From: Prorocentrum cordatum
Taxonomy: Eukaryota
Direction: 5' to 3'
NCBI GenBank assembly: GCA_963575745.1
Contig: CAUYUJ010000203.1
Coordinates: 620,001-665,624, forward strand
Length of the DNA: 45,624 nt
Shown: in pieces, positions 44,483-45,624 of the stretch
Layout of the letters: every line of letters starts with the position of its first letter
Numbering within the stretch: the stretch's first letter is position 1
Translations under genes and position numbers: made by a program
Notes under the pieces: generated by a model
The model's database searches: none
What the model was told of the DNA's origin: nothing
Seen by the model: the letters and a program-made list of their open reading frames with translations, nothing else

Positions 44483-45624
44483 GCGCGAGCGGAAGACCCC
44501 CTCGTCACGCTGCTGCTCGTCCTCGTCCGCGTCCTGGCCTTCCCCTCTTTTCCTCATCCCCCCTTCCTCGCCATCATGTGTGCCGTCTCAGGGGTAGGAG
44601 AGCACTCGATATGGCAGCTGGGAGCTCACATCCAAAGCATCGTAAACTTGATAACTCGCAAGCTGCTCGTCCACCAGCGCCGTCCCGGGGGACTCGAGCT
44701 GTGGGAGGCGGAACGCTCCTCGGGCGATCAAGGGGAAGAGAGGAAGGGGTTGTAGGAACGAGGATGAAGAAGATCGAGAGGGAGCGACAGCGCGGACGGA
44801 GGTGGGGACGCGGATGGGAAGGAAAGCAGCAGCTGCAGAGAAAAACACATGCGCCGTCACAACATTACTCAGAGTCCATGCCGCCGCCGCCAAGGCCGGC
44901 GAAACCGCGCCCCACGCACCAGCGCAAGCGTCATAGCGCAATCGGAAAGTTCAGGGGCTCGTCCGCGATAAACGCCTGGGACCTGGCAGGTCGGCATCCT
45001 CCGCCGCCCCGTCCTCCTCCTCCTCCTCCTCCTCCTCCTCCTCCTCCTCCTCCTCCGCGTCCACCTCTTCCTCCGCCTCCTCCTCCAAGAGGAACCGGGC
45101 CGAACGCCCTCGCCCGTGCTCAAGAAGGCAGCTCCTACATGCGTGTCGTGTGCATTGTGTGCGTGTGTCGTGCCGTGTCGTGTGCTAACTCGCTTCACTT
45201 GTGTGCATTGTCATAAGAACAGTGCCAGCAAGGCCTCTAAAACTCGTGTGTTGCAGACTTGGCTTGGCTCCCATTGTCCTGCCCCCCAACCCCAGCAGGT
45301 GCTTTCGGCCATGGGTACTAACATTGACCACCCCTCCCATGGCATGGCCTCTTGTGACCAATGCTCCGTGTGAGTGTGTGTGTGTGTGTGCGCGCGCGCA
45401 ATACATGCGGGTGTTGGGCGTTGCAGAGGAGAGGACGTTTGAAGAACCTGGCGAAAGAGTGTACACGTGCCAGCGTGTTTCGGAAGTGTGGCCACTCAGA
45501 TGACGTCCCCCCCGAAGTAGCGGGTGCCGACTGAGTGGGCTTGGGTAGTCCTATGGATAATCCGCCGCCTCATCTTCCTCCTCCTTCCTTGGTATAAGCT
45601 TTGTTTGAGCGGGAGGCACGCCTC

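Overview
Eukaryotic, GC-rich, microsatellite-laden DNA. GC/GT splice donors, many short exons and (CCT)n-filled introns point to a dinoflagellate, though this is inference. Left to right: (1) a minus-strand, about 10-exon mitochondrial-carrier (SLC25) gene at 2085-11724. (2) A 10.1-kb Merlin/IS1595-type DNA transposon at 13916-24013, with 27-bp TIRs and an 8-bp target-site duplication (ATATGTAT). Besides its transposase it carries an intact SF3-helicase/papain-like-protease fusion gene, a disrupted orphan gene and an origin-like palindrome array. This is the most novel object in the window. (3) A 6.7-kb Helitron2-like element at about 24761-31497, inserted in a MITE. It lacks Rep/helicase but carries an EEP-family nuclease, a tandem-domain orphan protein and a pervasive 17-nt motif. 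(4) A (CCT)/(CAT) microsatellite block. (5) A decayed RNase-H-containing LINE with a second decayed LINE nested in its RT domain, at about 35100-44081. All protein calls come from motif reading by eye; no database search was run. Most listed ORFs are spurious products of GC-rich or simple-repeat DNA.
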